Shown here: positions 26,673 through 35,090 of the stretch, piece after piece
Layout of the letters: each line of letters opens with the position of its first letter
Position numbering within the stretch: the stretch's first letter is position 1
Assembly (NCBI GenBank): GCA_034679345.1
Contig: JAXDAY010000015.1
Location: forward strand, 82,631-146,630
Origin: Candidatus Eiseniibacteriota bacterium
GTDB taxonomy: Bacteria > Eisenbacteria > RBG-16-71-46 > CAIMUX01 > VGJL01
DNA: 64,000 nucleotides
Direction: 5' to 3'
The notes under the pieces: model-generated
The model's input: the letters and a program-made list of their open reading frames with translations, nothing else
Told to the model about the DNA's origin: nothing
Database searches by the model: none
Program-made: the position numbers and the translations under genes

Positions 26673-27131
26673 TTAATCGATGTCCGGGACTCGCTTGAAC
26701 GACTTCGGTAGCGGGAACTCCGAGTCGGCAGGCTTGCTACCGTCCCCGTCCAAGTCCCCGCGGGGCGCCACGGGCGCGGATCGGGCCGTTGACATCTGCG
26801 CGAAGCCCTGGAAGTAGACGCCCTCCTCGATCACCAGCGCCTGGGTGCAGAGGTCTCCTTCCACCCGAGCGCCCTTCCGGAGTTCGATACGGGACTGTCC
26901 GGTGATCTTTCCGGTCACCTGGCCCATGACGAGAACCTCGTCGGCTTCGACATCCGCCTTGATGACACCGGTCGCCCCGACCGTCACGCGCGACTTCGAG
27001 GAGAGGCTCCCCTCAAGCGCCCCGTCGAGCCGGATATCTCCCTCGGCTTTCAGGTCTCCGCGGACCGACATCCCTTCCTGGATGATCGACTGCGATCGCG
27101 ACGCTCCGGTGTCCGGTAGCTTGCGAAACAT
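26673..27131 (-). CDS. Bactofilin (polymer-forming cytoskeletal protein)
   Basis: ATG 27131 is preceded by GGAGGAGG. The DUF583 beta-helix repeats are typical (GDLKAEGDIRLDGALEGSL.S...V.VGATGVIKADVEADEVLVMGQVTGKI) with a Pro-rich tail. The track ORF extends upstream artefactually. Confidence 0.9.
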   Translation of the reverse strand: MFRKLPDTGASRSQSIIQEGMSVRGDLKAEGDIRLDGALEGSLSSKSRVTVGATGVIKADVEADEVLVMGQVTGKITGQSRIELRKGARVEGDLCTQALVIEEGVYFQGFAQMSTARSAPVAPRGDLDGDGSKPADSEFPLPKSFKRVPDID

Positions 27132-27183
27132 GCCTCCTCCTTCTCCGGCAACCCCCGGCCCAGCGAACCGAGGATGGTGCCGC

Positions 27184-28059
27184 TCACATGCCTCCCGACC
27201 CCTGTGGGGCGCTCCCCATCTCGCGGTAAACCGGAAACACGCTTCCCGGGTCGATCGGCTTGCCTTCCCGAATGATCTCAAAGTGGACGTGTGGAGCGGA
27301 GCTGCTTCCCGTGCTCCCGACTCGCGCCACAATCTGCCCGCCTTGCACGGTGTCCCCTTGCGCGACGGTCAGAATGTCGTTGTGACCATACCGCGTCACC
27401 CAACCGGAGCCATGGTCGATCGCCAGGAGATTGCCGTACGTGGGATCCCATCCCGCCGTGACGACGACACCGGGGCCGGCCGCCATGACTGCCGCTCCGG
27501 CTGCTCCGGCGATGTCGACGCCCGGATGCACCGGCGTGCGCTGCGTACCCATTGTGAAACCGCGGCTAACGGGTCCTCGCAGGGGCATTCGCTGAATTGG
27601 CCCTACCGGCGCCTTCTGGCCATCGTCCACGGGATGGTCGCCTCCATCGCTTCCAGCCGAGATCGGCACGGCGGGATCCAAGCTCTCGGCCTCCTCCCGC
27701 TGCGCCGACGCGTCGGGCACCCCGGCGAGCCTGTACAACTGGACCCGAAGGCGATCGATTTGTGCAACTACGACCTCGAGCGAGTCCACTCGGTGCGCAC
27801 GGGCCCGGAGACTCGAGTTCTCGCTTCGCAGATCCCTGAGCAGAATCGAATCCCGAATCAGCTTGCCGTACAAGACTCCCCCGGCGAGGACGAGACAAAA
27901 GGAGGCGGCCAGCGCCACGACGACGAGTCGAACGCTCCAGCGGGGCAGCTCGATCTGGAATGTTCGCTGCGCCTGAGCCGGGGCAATCGTGATCGTGAGG
28001 CTGTTTCGATCGGCCGCCGCATGCCTGCGGAGCCACACGGCGACCCGATGGAGGATCAT
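27184..28059 (-). CDS. Bitopic M23 (LytM-type) metallopeptidase with TM helix and coiled coil (LmdC-like architecture)
   Basis: TM helix VRLVVVALAASFCLVLAGGVL, a coiled coil (LRDLRSENSSLRARAHRVDSLE) and intact catalytic motifs HPGVD and SSAPHVHFE. The start is ATG 28059 (10 nt after the parB stop) or ATG 28110. Confidence 0.85.
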   Translation of the reverse strand: MILHRVAVWLRRHAAADRNSLTITIAPAQAQRTFQIELPRWSVRLVVVALAASFCLVLAGGVLYGKLIRDSILLRDLRSENSSLRARAHRVDSLEVVVAQIDRLRVQLYRLAGVPDASAQREEAESLDPAVPISAGSDGGDHPVDDGQKAPVGPIQRMPLRGPVSRGFTMGTQRTPVHPGVDIAGAAGAAVMAAGPGVVVTAGWDPTYGNLLAIDHGSGWVTRYGHNDILTVAQGDTVQGGQIVARVGSTGSSSAPHVHFEIIREGKPIDPGSVFPVYREMGSAPQGSGGM

Positions 28060-28069
28060 CTCTCTCGCC

Positions 28070-28948
28070 TCAATGAACCTGGACCCCCAGCATCTGGAGG
28101 ATTCGTTCAAGGTCCTGCTGATCCGCGAAGGCCAGCTCGAGGCGGCCCCCGCCAGACTTGTTCATAAGCAGATGAACCTCGGTGCCGACCCTGCGGCGGA
28201 TCGCCTCCTCGACCCGCGACAAGTGCGGGTCGCGCGTCTCCCCAGCGGAGCCCGGCGCCCCGGGCACCGCCTGCGGTCGCAGGAAAGCGGCGATCCGCCG
28301 CTCAGTCTCCCGCACCGACCATTCCTCTTTGAGGATTCGACGCGCCCATCTCAACTGGTCCTGGGGACGCGGCAGAGAGAGGATCGCGCGCGCGTGCCCC
28401 ATGCTCAGCCGATCCGCAGCGACATGGTCGAGCACTTCCGTCGGCAGCTTGAGCAGCCGGAGGAGATTACTGATCGTGCTCCGCTCTTTGCCGACCTGGT
28501 CTGCGATTTGCTCGTGGGTCTTGCCGAATTCTTCAGCCAAGACATGATAGGCGCGGGCCTCATCCACAGGATTGAGATCCTCCCTTTGGAGGTTCTCGAT
28601 CAAGGCGACCTCCAGACTGCCAATATCGTCTAGTTCAACGATTATTGCTGGCACATCTTGAAGGCCAACGCGTTGTGCCGCACGGAGTCGTCTCTCGCCC
28701 GCGACCAACTCGTAGGTATCGCCCACTTTTCGCAGAAGCAGCGGCTCGAGCACCCCTCGGGCCTGAACCGAGCGGACGAGCTCATCCATCTTCACCGGAT
28801 CGTTCGCCGTCCGTGGTTGCCATGGATTCGGACGGATCCTGTCGACGGGCACCGCTCCCCGCTCGACTCGCGCGGGGGCGGCCGCCTCGGATCCTGCCGC
28901 CCTCGGGATGATCGCCTCCAAACCCCGACCTAACGCTTTCCTAGTCAT
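28070..28948 (-). CDS. parB: Chromosome partitioning protein ParB (Spo0J)
   Basis: ParB boxes (RPNPWQPR, LLLRKVGDTYELVAGERRLRAA, ALIENLQREDLNPVDEA) and an HTH (HEQIADQVGKERSTISNLLRLL). It overlaps the parA stop. Confidence 0.95.
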   Translation of the reverse strand: MTRKALGRGLEAIIPRAAGSEAAAPARVERGAVPVDRIRPNPWQPRTANDPVKMDELVRSVQARGVLEPLLLRKVGDTYELVAGERRLRAAQRVGLQDVPAIIVELDDIGSLEVALIENLQREDLNPVDEARAYHVLAEEFGKTHEQIADQVGKERSTISNLLRLLKLPTEVLDHVAADRLSMGHARAILSLPRPQDQLRWARRILKEEWSVRETERRIAAFLRPQAVPGAPGSAGETRDPHLSRVEEAIRRRVGTEVHLLMNKSGGGRLELAFADQQDLERILQMLGVQVH

Positions 28949-29702
28949 GCCCGATCATCTCCTCTGCCAGACCGAAGTAGCTGGCCGCTCCGATGCAGTG
29001 GGGGTCGTAGAGCGTCACCGGCCTGCCGAAACTTGGGGCCTCGCCGAGCCGCACGTTCCTAGGAATCATGGTCTTGTAGACCCTATCGCCAAAGTAGTGC
29101 CTTGCCTCTTCCGCGACCTGTAGCGACAGATTGAGTCGGCTGTCGTACATGGTGAGCAGGATCCCCTCCACCTCGAGGCTGGGATTCAGCGACTCACGGA
29201 CGCGGTCGACCGTTTCCAGGAGTCGTCCAAGCCCCTCAAGGGCGTAGTACTCGCATTGGATCGGCACGAGCACCGAGCGCGCGGCTGTGAGGGCGTTCAG
29301 CGTCAGCAGCCCAAGCGATGGGGGGGAGTCAATGAACACATAGTCATAGGCACCGTCGAGGGTCTGAGTCGCGGCGGCCAGCCTCCCTTCCCGTCGGGGA
29401 AGATCCACGAGCTCAATCTCAGCGCCTGCTAGCCGGGGATCGGCCGGCATCACGTCCAAGCCGGTGATTTCGGTCGACCTGAGCGCCCTTTCCACCCCGA
29501 CTGCCTCGAGGAGCACTTCGTAAGTCGTGGGGTCCTCTTCGTCCACCCGCACCCCGAGCCCGGAGGTGGCGTTGCCCTGGGGATCGATGTCCACCAGGAG
29601 GACCCGATGTCCCCGTCCCGCGATCGCGGCGGCAAGGTTGACTGCCGTGGTGGTCTTTCCCACTCCGCCCTTCTGATTGGCGACCGCAATCAGCTTCTCC
29701 AT
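28941..29702 (-). CDS. parA: Chromosome partitioning ATPase ParA (Soj)
   Basis: Deviant Walker A NQKGGVGKTTT, DIDPQGNAT and the typical Soj C-terminus. Confidence 0.95.
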   Translation of the reverse strand: MEKLIAVANQKGGVGKTTTAVNLAAAIAGRGHRVLLVDIDPQGNATSGLGVRVDEEDPTTYEVLLEAVGVERALRSTEITGLDVMPADPRLAGAEIELVDLPRREGRLAAATQTLDGAYDYVFIDSPPSLGLLTLNALTAARSVLVPIQCEYYALEGLGRLLETVDRVRESLNPSLEVEGILLTMYDSRLNLSLQVAEEARHYFGDRVYKTMIPRNVRLGEAPSFGRPVTLYDPHCIGAASYFGLAEEMIGHD

Positions 29703-29804
29703 GGCATCCCCTTGCCTTCCATGAGATTAGCTACGGTTCCCTTCCTTGAGGACCCGGGAGATCTCCGCAGGAACCTAGCAGCAACCGGACGCCTCGTCAA
29801 TGCC

Positions 29805-29818
29805 GTTCCACGTGGAAC
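29805..29818. promoter_or_regulatory. parS-like palindrome 1 (GTTCCACGTGGAAC)
   Basis: A perfect 14-bp palindrome about 100 bp upstream of parA. It matches the firmicute-type parS core GTTTCACGTGAAAC except for the symmetric T>C / A>G change. Confidence 0.6.
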
Positions 29819-29830
29819 GAGACAGTCAAC

Positions 29831-29844
29831 GTTCCATGTGGAAC
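29831..29844. promoter_or_regulatory. parS-like palindrome 2 (GTTCCATGTGGAAC)
   Basis: A second copy 26 bp from the first, with a central CG>TG change. It lies in the same intergenic spacer between rsmG and parA. Confidence 0.55.
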
Positions 29845-29870
29845 CCACTGAGGTCTAACGCGTTGAATTT

Positions 29871-30575
29871 CTAGGACTTGCGGAGGACCAGAATGTGGGC
29901 GGTCGTCCAAGGAACGCAAAACGATTGTTCCAGGGCGTAAGGGCCAGGGTCGATGAGCCCCTGCTCGTGAGCCTCCATGATTTCATCCCCCCACCGGGGC
30001 CCCTTGAACGTCACAATCTTCCCCCCCGCGCGCACCAAGGGGCCGAACTCCCGGAGCGTGCCGACCAGATCGGTGACGGCCCGACTCAAGAGCACATCGA
30101 ACGTGCCCACCAGCTCCCCCCGGGCGACCAGCGTCTCAACCCTGGCCTGGTAGAGGGGAACGTTTGACACGTCGAGGATCTGCATGACGTGCTGGAGGAA
30201 GACGCACCTCTTATGGGCTGACTCGACGAGGGAGATCTCCAGACTGGGGCTCCAGATCTTGAGCACAAGACCAGGAAAGCCAGCACCTGTGCCTATATCC
30301 ACCCATCTGGAATTGGGTGTGGGATCAACACCCAAATACACACCCAAAGATGCTGCAATATGTTTTGTGACAATGAATTGCAAGTCCCCATGCGAGAGCA
30401 GACCATGGCGCCTATTCCATGCGAGCAGCTCGAGGCAGTAACGATGCAGCTTCGTCGGCACATCATTGGGCGCCTTTAGGCCAAATGGCTGGATCCTCTC
30501 AAGAAGAGTCCGGAGATCCTCGGTCAGCCACCCGGGGGCGGTGGGATGACGTGAGGTCGGTTCTCCTGGGTTCAC
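29871..30575 (-). CDS. rsmG: 16S rRNA (guanine527-N7)-methyltransferase RsmG (GidB)
   Basis: Motifs WNRRHGLLS, VDIGTGAGFPGLVLKI and VESAHKRCVFL, in the position between yidC and parA. Confidence 0.9.
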   Translation of the reverse strand: MNPGEPTSRHPTAPGWLTEDLRTLLERIQPFGLKAPNDVPTKLHRYCLELLAWNRRHGLLSHGDLQFIVTKHIAASLGVYLGVDPTPNSRWVDIGTGAGFPGLVLKIWSPSLEISLVESAHKRCVFLQHVMQILDVSNVPLYQARVETLVARGELVGTFDVLLSRAVTDLVGTLREFGPLVRAGGKIVTFKGPRWGDEIMEAHEQGLIDPGPYALEQSFCVPWTTAHILVLRKS

Positions 30576-30588
30576 GGCCCCCCCCGCG

Positions 30589-32301
30589 TCAGCGGCTCTT
30601 TCGGCCGGCCCTCGGGCGCTCGGGCTTCTCTGGCGCGACCGGGATCAGCGCAGGAGCCGGGGTCCGATTGATCAGAATCTGCTGGGCGACGCTCATCAGG
30701 TTGCTCGTGGTCCAGTAGAGGACCAGCCCTGAAGCCATCGAATAGAAGAAGATCGTCATCATGATCGGCATCAGATAGCCGATCGCCGCCTGCCTTGGAT
30801 CGGTCGGCGTGATCTTCTGCTGCCAGAGCATCGTCCCGGCCATGACCAGGGGGAGCACGTTCACAGGGAAGCCGGCAAGGTGCGCGACCGTGTCCGGCGC
30901 GGAGAGATCCTGCATCCAGAGCCCGAAGGGCTCCTTGCGCAGTTGCACGGCATTCGCGAGCACGAAGTAGAGGCCTGAGAGAACCGGCAGCTGAATCAGC
31001 ATCGGCAGGCATCCGCCCATCGGGTTGATCTTATACTTTCGATAGAGTTCCATCATCTCCTGGTTACGCTTGGCGGGATCGTCCTTGAACTTCGCATTGA
31101 TCCGGTCCAGCTCGGGCTTGACCATCTGCATTCGCCTCATGGAGTCCATGCTCTTCTTCGTGAGAGGATAGAAGGCGACCCGCAGCAGGATCGATAGTAT
31201 GATGATCTCCCATCCATAGTTCGGAATCACCCGATTGGTGGCCTCGAAGAACTTCATGAGCAGTTTCGAGAAGGGTCGGAAGATCCCAGGACCCAGGTCC
31301 TGCACACGCTCCAGCCCCACCTTGTAGCTCTCGAGGATTCCGTAATGGATAGGTCCCAGATAGAGCTTGAATCCGATCTCGGTCTCGCCCGTCGTCGAGA
31401 GGGGCTCGCTCATGATGGCGCTCGCCTCATGCGTTACGCCGTTGTGTTGCGTGACGATCCTGCGATCCCTTGGTTGATCGAGGAGGATTGCCCCAAGAAA
31501 GTATCGGTTCCTGACTCCCATCCACCGAAGCGTTCCCTCATTCTCTTCCGTCCGGACTCCACCGCCCCCACGGGAGCATCCAAGAGCCCCTCCTCCGGAG
31601 TGATTGCGGACGAAGTCCTTCCCGAAGAGCGCCACGGTGGAGATCGCCGCGTGGTCCGTCCGCGCGTCCTTCTCGAGAACCGGCATTCCATCGCTCCATC
31701 CGATCTCGAGTGCGGAGGCCTCATCCTCTGTCCCGACCCCCAGAATCCGAATCTCCAGCCTGCAGTCGTAGCGATCACGCGGGATCGTATAGATCTTCTC
31801 AACCTCGACCCCGGAGTCGTTACGCGCCAGGAACCGGACCACGGTCGAATCGGCCTCTCGCACGACTGTGGGGGTGAACCGGGTCGAGTCGGTGCGCAAG
31901 ACGCCCCGCTTGCCGCGCAGCCCGAAGGAGAGCGCGCCCTGCGTCCTGTCCCGCACCAAATCAGCGGGGTGCCCATCTTCTCCCGTGTACTTGAGGAGCC
32001 TCCACGATCGCAGCGTCCCTCCGATCGGATCGAACTCCGCGTGCACGAGTTCGGTCTCGACATCGATCAGCCCGACCATCTCCGGATCTCCGTCCGCGTT
32101 GCGGAGCACGGCTGCGTCAGAGAGGCGCTCGGTTCGCTCGGACGGAGACGGCGCCTCCAGCACCGGTCGTGTGGGCGCAACGGCCGTCGTGTCCGCGATG
32201 AACGGAACGGGTTCCCTGCTGGTGCGCTTGCCGAAGAGCATCTGGTTGGCGACGAGGACCAGCACCGCCAGACCCATCGCAAGCAGCATCCGCCTGTCCA
32301 T
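30589..32301 (-). CDS. yidC: Membrane protein insertase YidC (long form with periplasmic P1 domain)
   Basis: C-terminal core NYGWEIIILSILLRVAFYPLT...MQMVKPELDRI...INPMGGCLPMLIQLPV. The start at ATG 32301 (MDRRMLLAMGLAVLVLV) has GGAAGGA upstream; the track ORF starts at 32373. Confidence 0.9.
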   Translation of the reverse strand: MDRRMLLAMGLAVLVLVANQMLFGKRTSREPVPFIADTTAVAPTRPVLEAPSPSERTERLSDAAVLRNADGDPEMVGLIDVETELVHAEFDPIGGTLRSWRLLKYTGEDGHPADLVRDRTQGALSFGLRGKRGVLRTDSTRFTPTVVREADSTVVRFLARNDSGVEVEKIYTIPRDRYDCRLEIRILGVGTEDEASALEIGWSDGMPVLEKDARTDHAAISTVALFGKDFVRNHSGGGALGCSRGGGGVRTEENEGTLRWMGVRNRYFLGAILLDQPRDRRIVTQHNGVTHEASAIMSEPLSTTGETEIGFKLYLGPIHYGILESYKVGLERVQDLGPGIFRPFSKLLMKFFEATNRVIPNYGWEIIILSILLRVAFYPLTKKSMDSMRRMQMVKPELDRINAKFKDDPAKRNQEMMELYRKYKINPMGGCLPMLIQLPVLSGLYFVLANAVQLRKEPFGLWMQDLSAPDTVAHLAGFPVNVLPLVMAGTMLWQQKITPTDPRQAAIGYLMPIMMTIFFYSMASGLVLYWTTSNLMSVAQQILINRTPAPALIPVAPEKPERPRAGRKSR

Positions 32302-32330
32302 ACTGGAGAGTCCTTCCTGTCCCGTTCGTG

Positions 32331-32540
32331 TCAGGGAACGGGGTCGAATCCGTGGGGCCCCATCGGCCGGCACCGAACCAGCCGACGAATCGCTAGCGGG
32401 ATGCCCCGCTTGACTCCATGCCGGCGAATCGCATCCTCTGCATACCTGGAACAGCTCGGGTGGAATCTACAGGTTGGAGGGAAGAGCGGCGAGATCAGGA
32501 GGCGGTAGACGCCGATTAGGAGAAGGAGGAGCGTTCTCAC
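32331..32540 (-). CDS. yidD: Membrane protein insertion efficiency factor YidD
   Basis: 69 aa containing YRLLISPLFPPTCRFHPSCSRYAEDAIRRHG. 4-nt overlap with the rnpA stop. Confidence 0.9.
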   Translation of the reverse strand: MRTLLLLLIGVYRLLISPLFPPTCRFHPSCSRYAEDAIRRHGVKRGIPLAIRRLVRCRPMGPHGFDPVP

Positions 32541-33058
32541 GAAGCCTCCGGTCGGATCGGCTCACCCGGCTCCGGTGTCCACAGCCGGGCCAGCTTTAAC
32601 AATCCCTCGAGCTCAGTCCGAATCTCGTCCGATCCGGCATCTCGGCAGGCGCCTCGGGCGATCAAGACAACGTCGAATCCGTCGACCCTCATTCGACCCC
32701 GGGACAGCCGGAATGCTTCCCGCAGAATTCGTTTGCAGCGGTTTCGTACAACCGCGCCACCGATCTTCCGACTCGCTACGACGGCCCGGCGAGTCAACCC
32801 ACGGCCGTTCTCGCAGACGATTAGAACAAAGAGCCGCCCGCGGTACGCGGTCCCTCGGTCGTAGATTCTACGAAAGTCGTCGCGGTGACGAAGAGGGGAG
32901 TCGATGGCGGCCCCACCTAGACGGTCAGGCGGCGCCGCCCCTTGGCCCGGCGGCGACGGAGCACCTTTCGCCCGCCGACCGACCGCATCCGCGATCGGAA
33001 GCCATGCGTTCTCCGACGGCTCTTGTTGTGGGGTTGGTATGTCCTCTTCAAGATTCAC
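32537..33058 (-). CDS. rnpA: Ribonuclease P protein component RnpA; 5' end uncertain, and the reading frame runs through rpmH
   Basis: Conserved core [26 protein letters not shown]...[20 protein letters not shown]. The only canonical in-frame starts upstream of the core are GTG 33058, TTG 33109 and ATG 33112, all upstream of the rpmH start. Confidence 0.75.
   Translation of the reverse strand: MNLEEDIPTPQQEPSENAWLPIADAVGRRAKGAPSPPGQGAAPPDRLGGAAIDSPLRHRDDFRRIYDRGTAYRGRLFVLIVCENGRGLTRRAVVASRKIGGAVVRNRCKRILREAFRLSRGRMRVDGFDVVLIARGACRDAGSDEIRTELEGLLKLARLWTPEPGEPIRPEAS
32917..33051 (-). CDS. rpmH: 50S ribosomal protein L34
   Basis: Not in the ORF track (44 codons). Hand translation from the TTG start gives (M)[46 protein letters not shown], with GGGAGGTGA immediately upstream. 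Confidence 0.9.
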   Translation of the reverse strand: MKRTYQPHNKSRRRTHGFRSRMRSVGGRKVLRRRRAKGRRRLTV

Positions 33059-33422
33059 CTCCCGATTCCTACCGCTCCGAGGACCAACCCTCCGAGCACA
33101 GTCAGTCAACATATCCCTTTGACCAGGCTCCCGTCAATCCCAGGATCCCATCCCCATAGATCCCTGTCGGTTCAGCGACCTCGCCCGGGCCCCTTCGGCA
33201 TGCCCCCGGCCGACAGCCCCCGAGCGCTCTACGGGACGTAGTCTATCATGTTTCACCACAAGCAGATAGCTGGGCCCAGCTCCCCCCTCAAAATACCATT
33301 GGACAGGTTCGGGGGCGATGCTAGGATGCCGCCACTCCCTGGGGAGTGTTCAAAACTCGACCAGCGATGTCCGTCACCAGAGCCTGACACCGAAATCTCG
33401 TTCGTCGACTAAGACTGGGTGG

Positions 33423-33440
33423 TGTGGATCATGTGGAAAA
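33423..33440. promoter_or_regulatory. Tandem DnaA-box-like motifs upstream of dnaA
   Basis: TGTGGATCA and TGTGGAAAA are back to back (consensus TGTGGATAA), followed by a hand-counted 38% GC stretch. A further TGTTGATAA lies at 33598-33606. Confidence 0.45.
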
Positions 33441-33650
33441 GTGTGATTTGGCACTCGATTCTTGACTGTCTAATTTCCTATTCAGAAACAAGTTACGAGT
33501 CCACCCAGAGTGTTGGTTCCCTACGGTGCCTCTTCCGGAGGCATGCAGACAACCGAGCTGGTCCGCGCCCCTCCTAAATCACCCCCCAAAATCGACTTGT
33601 TGATAAGTGTGTGAACAACCCGGGCGGCGGACCCGCCCCTGGAGGAAAAC

Positions 33651-35090
33651 TTGCCGGATAGCGACCTGGGAGAGCTGTGGCAAGTCGTTCTGACGTCTCT
33701 GGAGAAGCGAATCACGGACCAGCGCTTCAACACATGGTTCAATCCTTTGGTACCAAAAGCGTTAGATGATTCAACGCTCACGATTCAAGTCCCGAACCCG
33801 TTTTTTGTCGACTGGTTCGAGGAGCACAACCTGCCCATCCTGCGGCGGTCGATCCAGGAAGCCCTGGGCTGGATCCCTGAGATTCGGTTCATCGTCGACG
33901 AGAACTACCGCGAGCACTTTGCGGCCGCCGTGGTCCCTTCCAGTCCAAAGACAGAGCATCCCGATGGATCGCCTGCGGAGTTCCCTGCGAGCCGCAGAAG
34001 GTTCGAATCCTCTAACCTCAACCCACGCTTTACATTCTCGAATTTCGTCGTCGGCCGAAGCAATGAGCTCGCCCACGCTGCCTGTCAGGCCGTGGCGAAG
34101 GATCCTGGGCATGTCTATAACCCGCTCTTCATCTACGGGGGGGTCGGCCTCGGCAAGACGCACCTGATGCAGGCGATCGGCCTGGCGCTGTGCGCACGCA
34201 ACTCCATGGCACGCATCCATTACGTTGGTGCCGAGACTTTCATGAACGAGATGATCGAAGCGATTCGAGCCGGCACCACTATCGAATTCAGGGAAAAGTA
34301 CCGCAGTCTCGATCTCCTCCTGATCGACGATATCCAGTTCCTCTCGGGAAAGGGACGCACCGAAGAGGAGTTCTTCCACACCTTCAATGTCCTCTATGAT
34401 GCGAACAAGCAGGTCGTCGTGAACTGCGATCGTCCTCCCAGCGATCTGGTCTCCCTCGAGGAGCGGCTCACCAGTCGCTTCCAGTGCGGGCTAGTCGCCG
34501 ACATCCATCCGCCTGATATCGAGACTCGCATCGCCATATTGCGACAGAAAGCGGCGCGCGAGGGGATCGGAATCCCAGACCGTGTGATCTTCATGCTCGC
34601 CGAGTCGATCCGGTCGAATATCCGTGAATTGGAGGGCGCGCTGGTTCGTCTCTCCGCCCTCGCCTCGCTGGCGAACAGCCCGATCACGGAGGATCTCGCC
34701 AAGGATGCGCTTCGAGGCTATCTCAGGATTCAGGCGTCCGGCCCACCGGATATCGTTACGATCCAAAGGGTTGTGGCCAAATATTTCGACGTCTCTGTCG
34801 AATCAATCAGGGGAAAGCGTCGCACCAGCCATCTCGCTCTCGCTCGGCAGGTCGCCATGTACGAGGCAAAGCAGCACACCGGCATGACACTCGTTGAGAT
34901 CGGCAAGCGGTTCGGCAATCGGGACCATAGCACCGTCATCTATGCCCTGAATCGGGTAGCCGAGGAATTGCGCCGCAACGAGGTCCTCAGACGGACAATT
35001 TCCCAGGTCGAGGCGGAGATCACCGGCGCAGCCGGGCAGCCCACCGTCGCCCGCGCCACGATGCCGACCATTCCGGACCCCATTTCCTGA
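33651..35090 (+). CDS. dnaA: Chromosomal replication initiator protein DnaA
   Basis: TTG start after GGAGGA. Domain I (LWQVVLTSLEKRI..QRFNTWF), AAA+ Walker A GGVGLGKTHLMQAIG, sensor motifs and the domain IV DnaA signature (VAMYEAKQHTGMTLVEIGKRFGNRDHSTVIYA). Confidence 0.97.
   Translation: MPDSDLGELWQVVLTSLEKRITDQRFNTWFNPLVPKALDDSTLTIQVPNPFFVDWFEEHNLPILRRSIQEALGWIPEIRFIVDENYREHFAAAVVPSSPKTEHPDGSPAEFPASRRRFESSNLNPRFTFSNFVVGRSNELAHAACQAVAKDPGHVYNPLFIYGGVGLGKTHLMQAIGLALCARNSMARIHYVGAETFMNEMIEAIRAGTTIEFREKYRSLDLLLIDDIQFLSGKGRTEEEFFHTFNVLYDANKQVVVNCDRPPSDLVSLEERLTSRFQCGLVADIHPPDIETRIAILRQKAAREGIGIPDRVIFMLAESIRSNIRELEGALVRLSALASLANSPITEDLAKDALRGYLRIQASGPPDIVTIQRVVAKYFDVSVESIRGKRRTSHLALARQVAMYEAKQHTGMTLVEIGKRFGNRDHSTVIYALNRVAEELRRNEVLRRTISQVEAEITGAAGQPTVARATMPTIPDPIS

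Noticed and set aside
32914-32916. The GTG immediately after the rpmH stop (TAGGTG) as a conventional rnpA start
   Set aside because: It is in the rpmH frame, not the rnpA frame. That frame hits a stop after about 30 codons and does not encode the RnpA core.
33249-33256. TGTTTCAC, half of a classical parS site, in the rpmH-dnaA spacer
   Set aside because: The other half (CACAAGCA) does not complete the palindrome. Isolated GTGGAAC/GTTCCAC half-sites inside corA (about 22197), the M48 gene (about 18533) and lemA (about 46866) were rejected for the same reason.
33449-33454. TGGCAC hexamer upstream of dnaA (and another near 28650 inside parB) as a possible sigma-54 -24 element
   Set aside because: The -12 position lacks the GC dinucleotide (TGGCAC-TCGAT-TCTTG and TGGCAC-ATCTT-GAAGG). 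Only the 3161-3176 site fits.
34000-34010. GGTTCGAATCC, a tRNA T-loop-like string
   Set aside because: It lies inside dnaA (codons RRFESSN). The flanks do not form a T-stem (GAAGG against CCTCT) or an acceptor stem, so it is not a tRNA.
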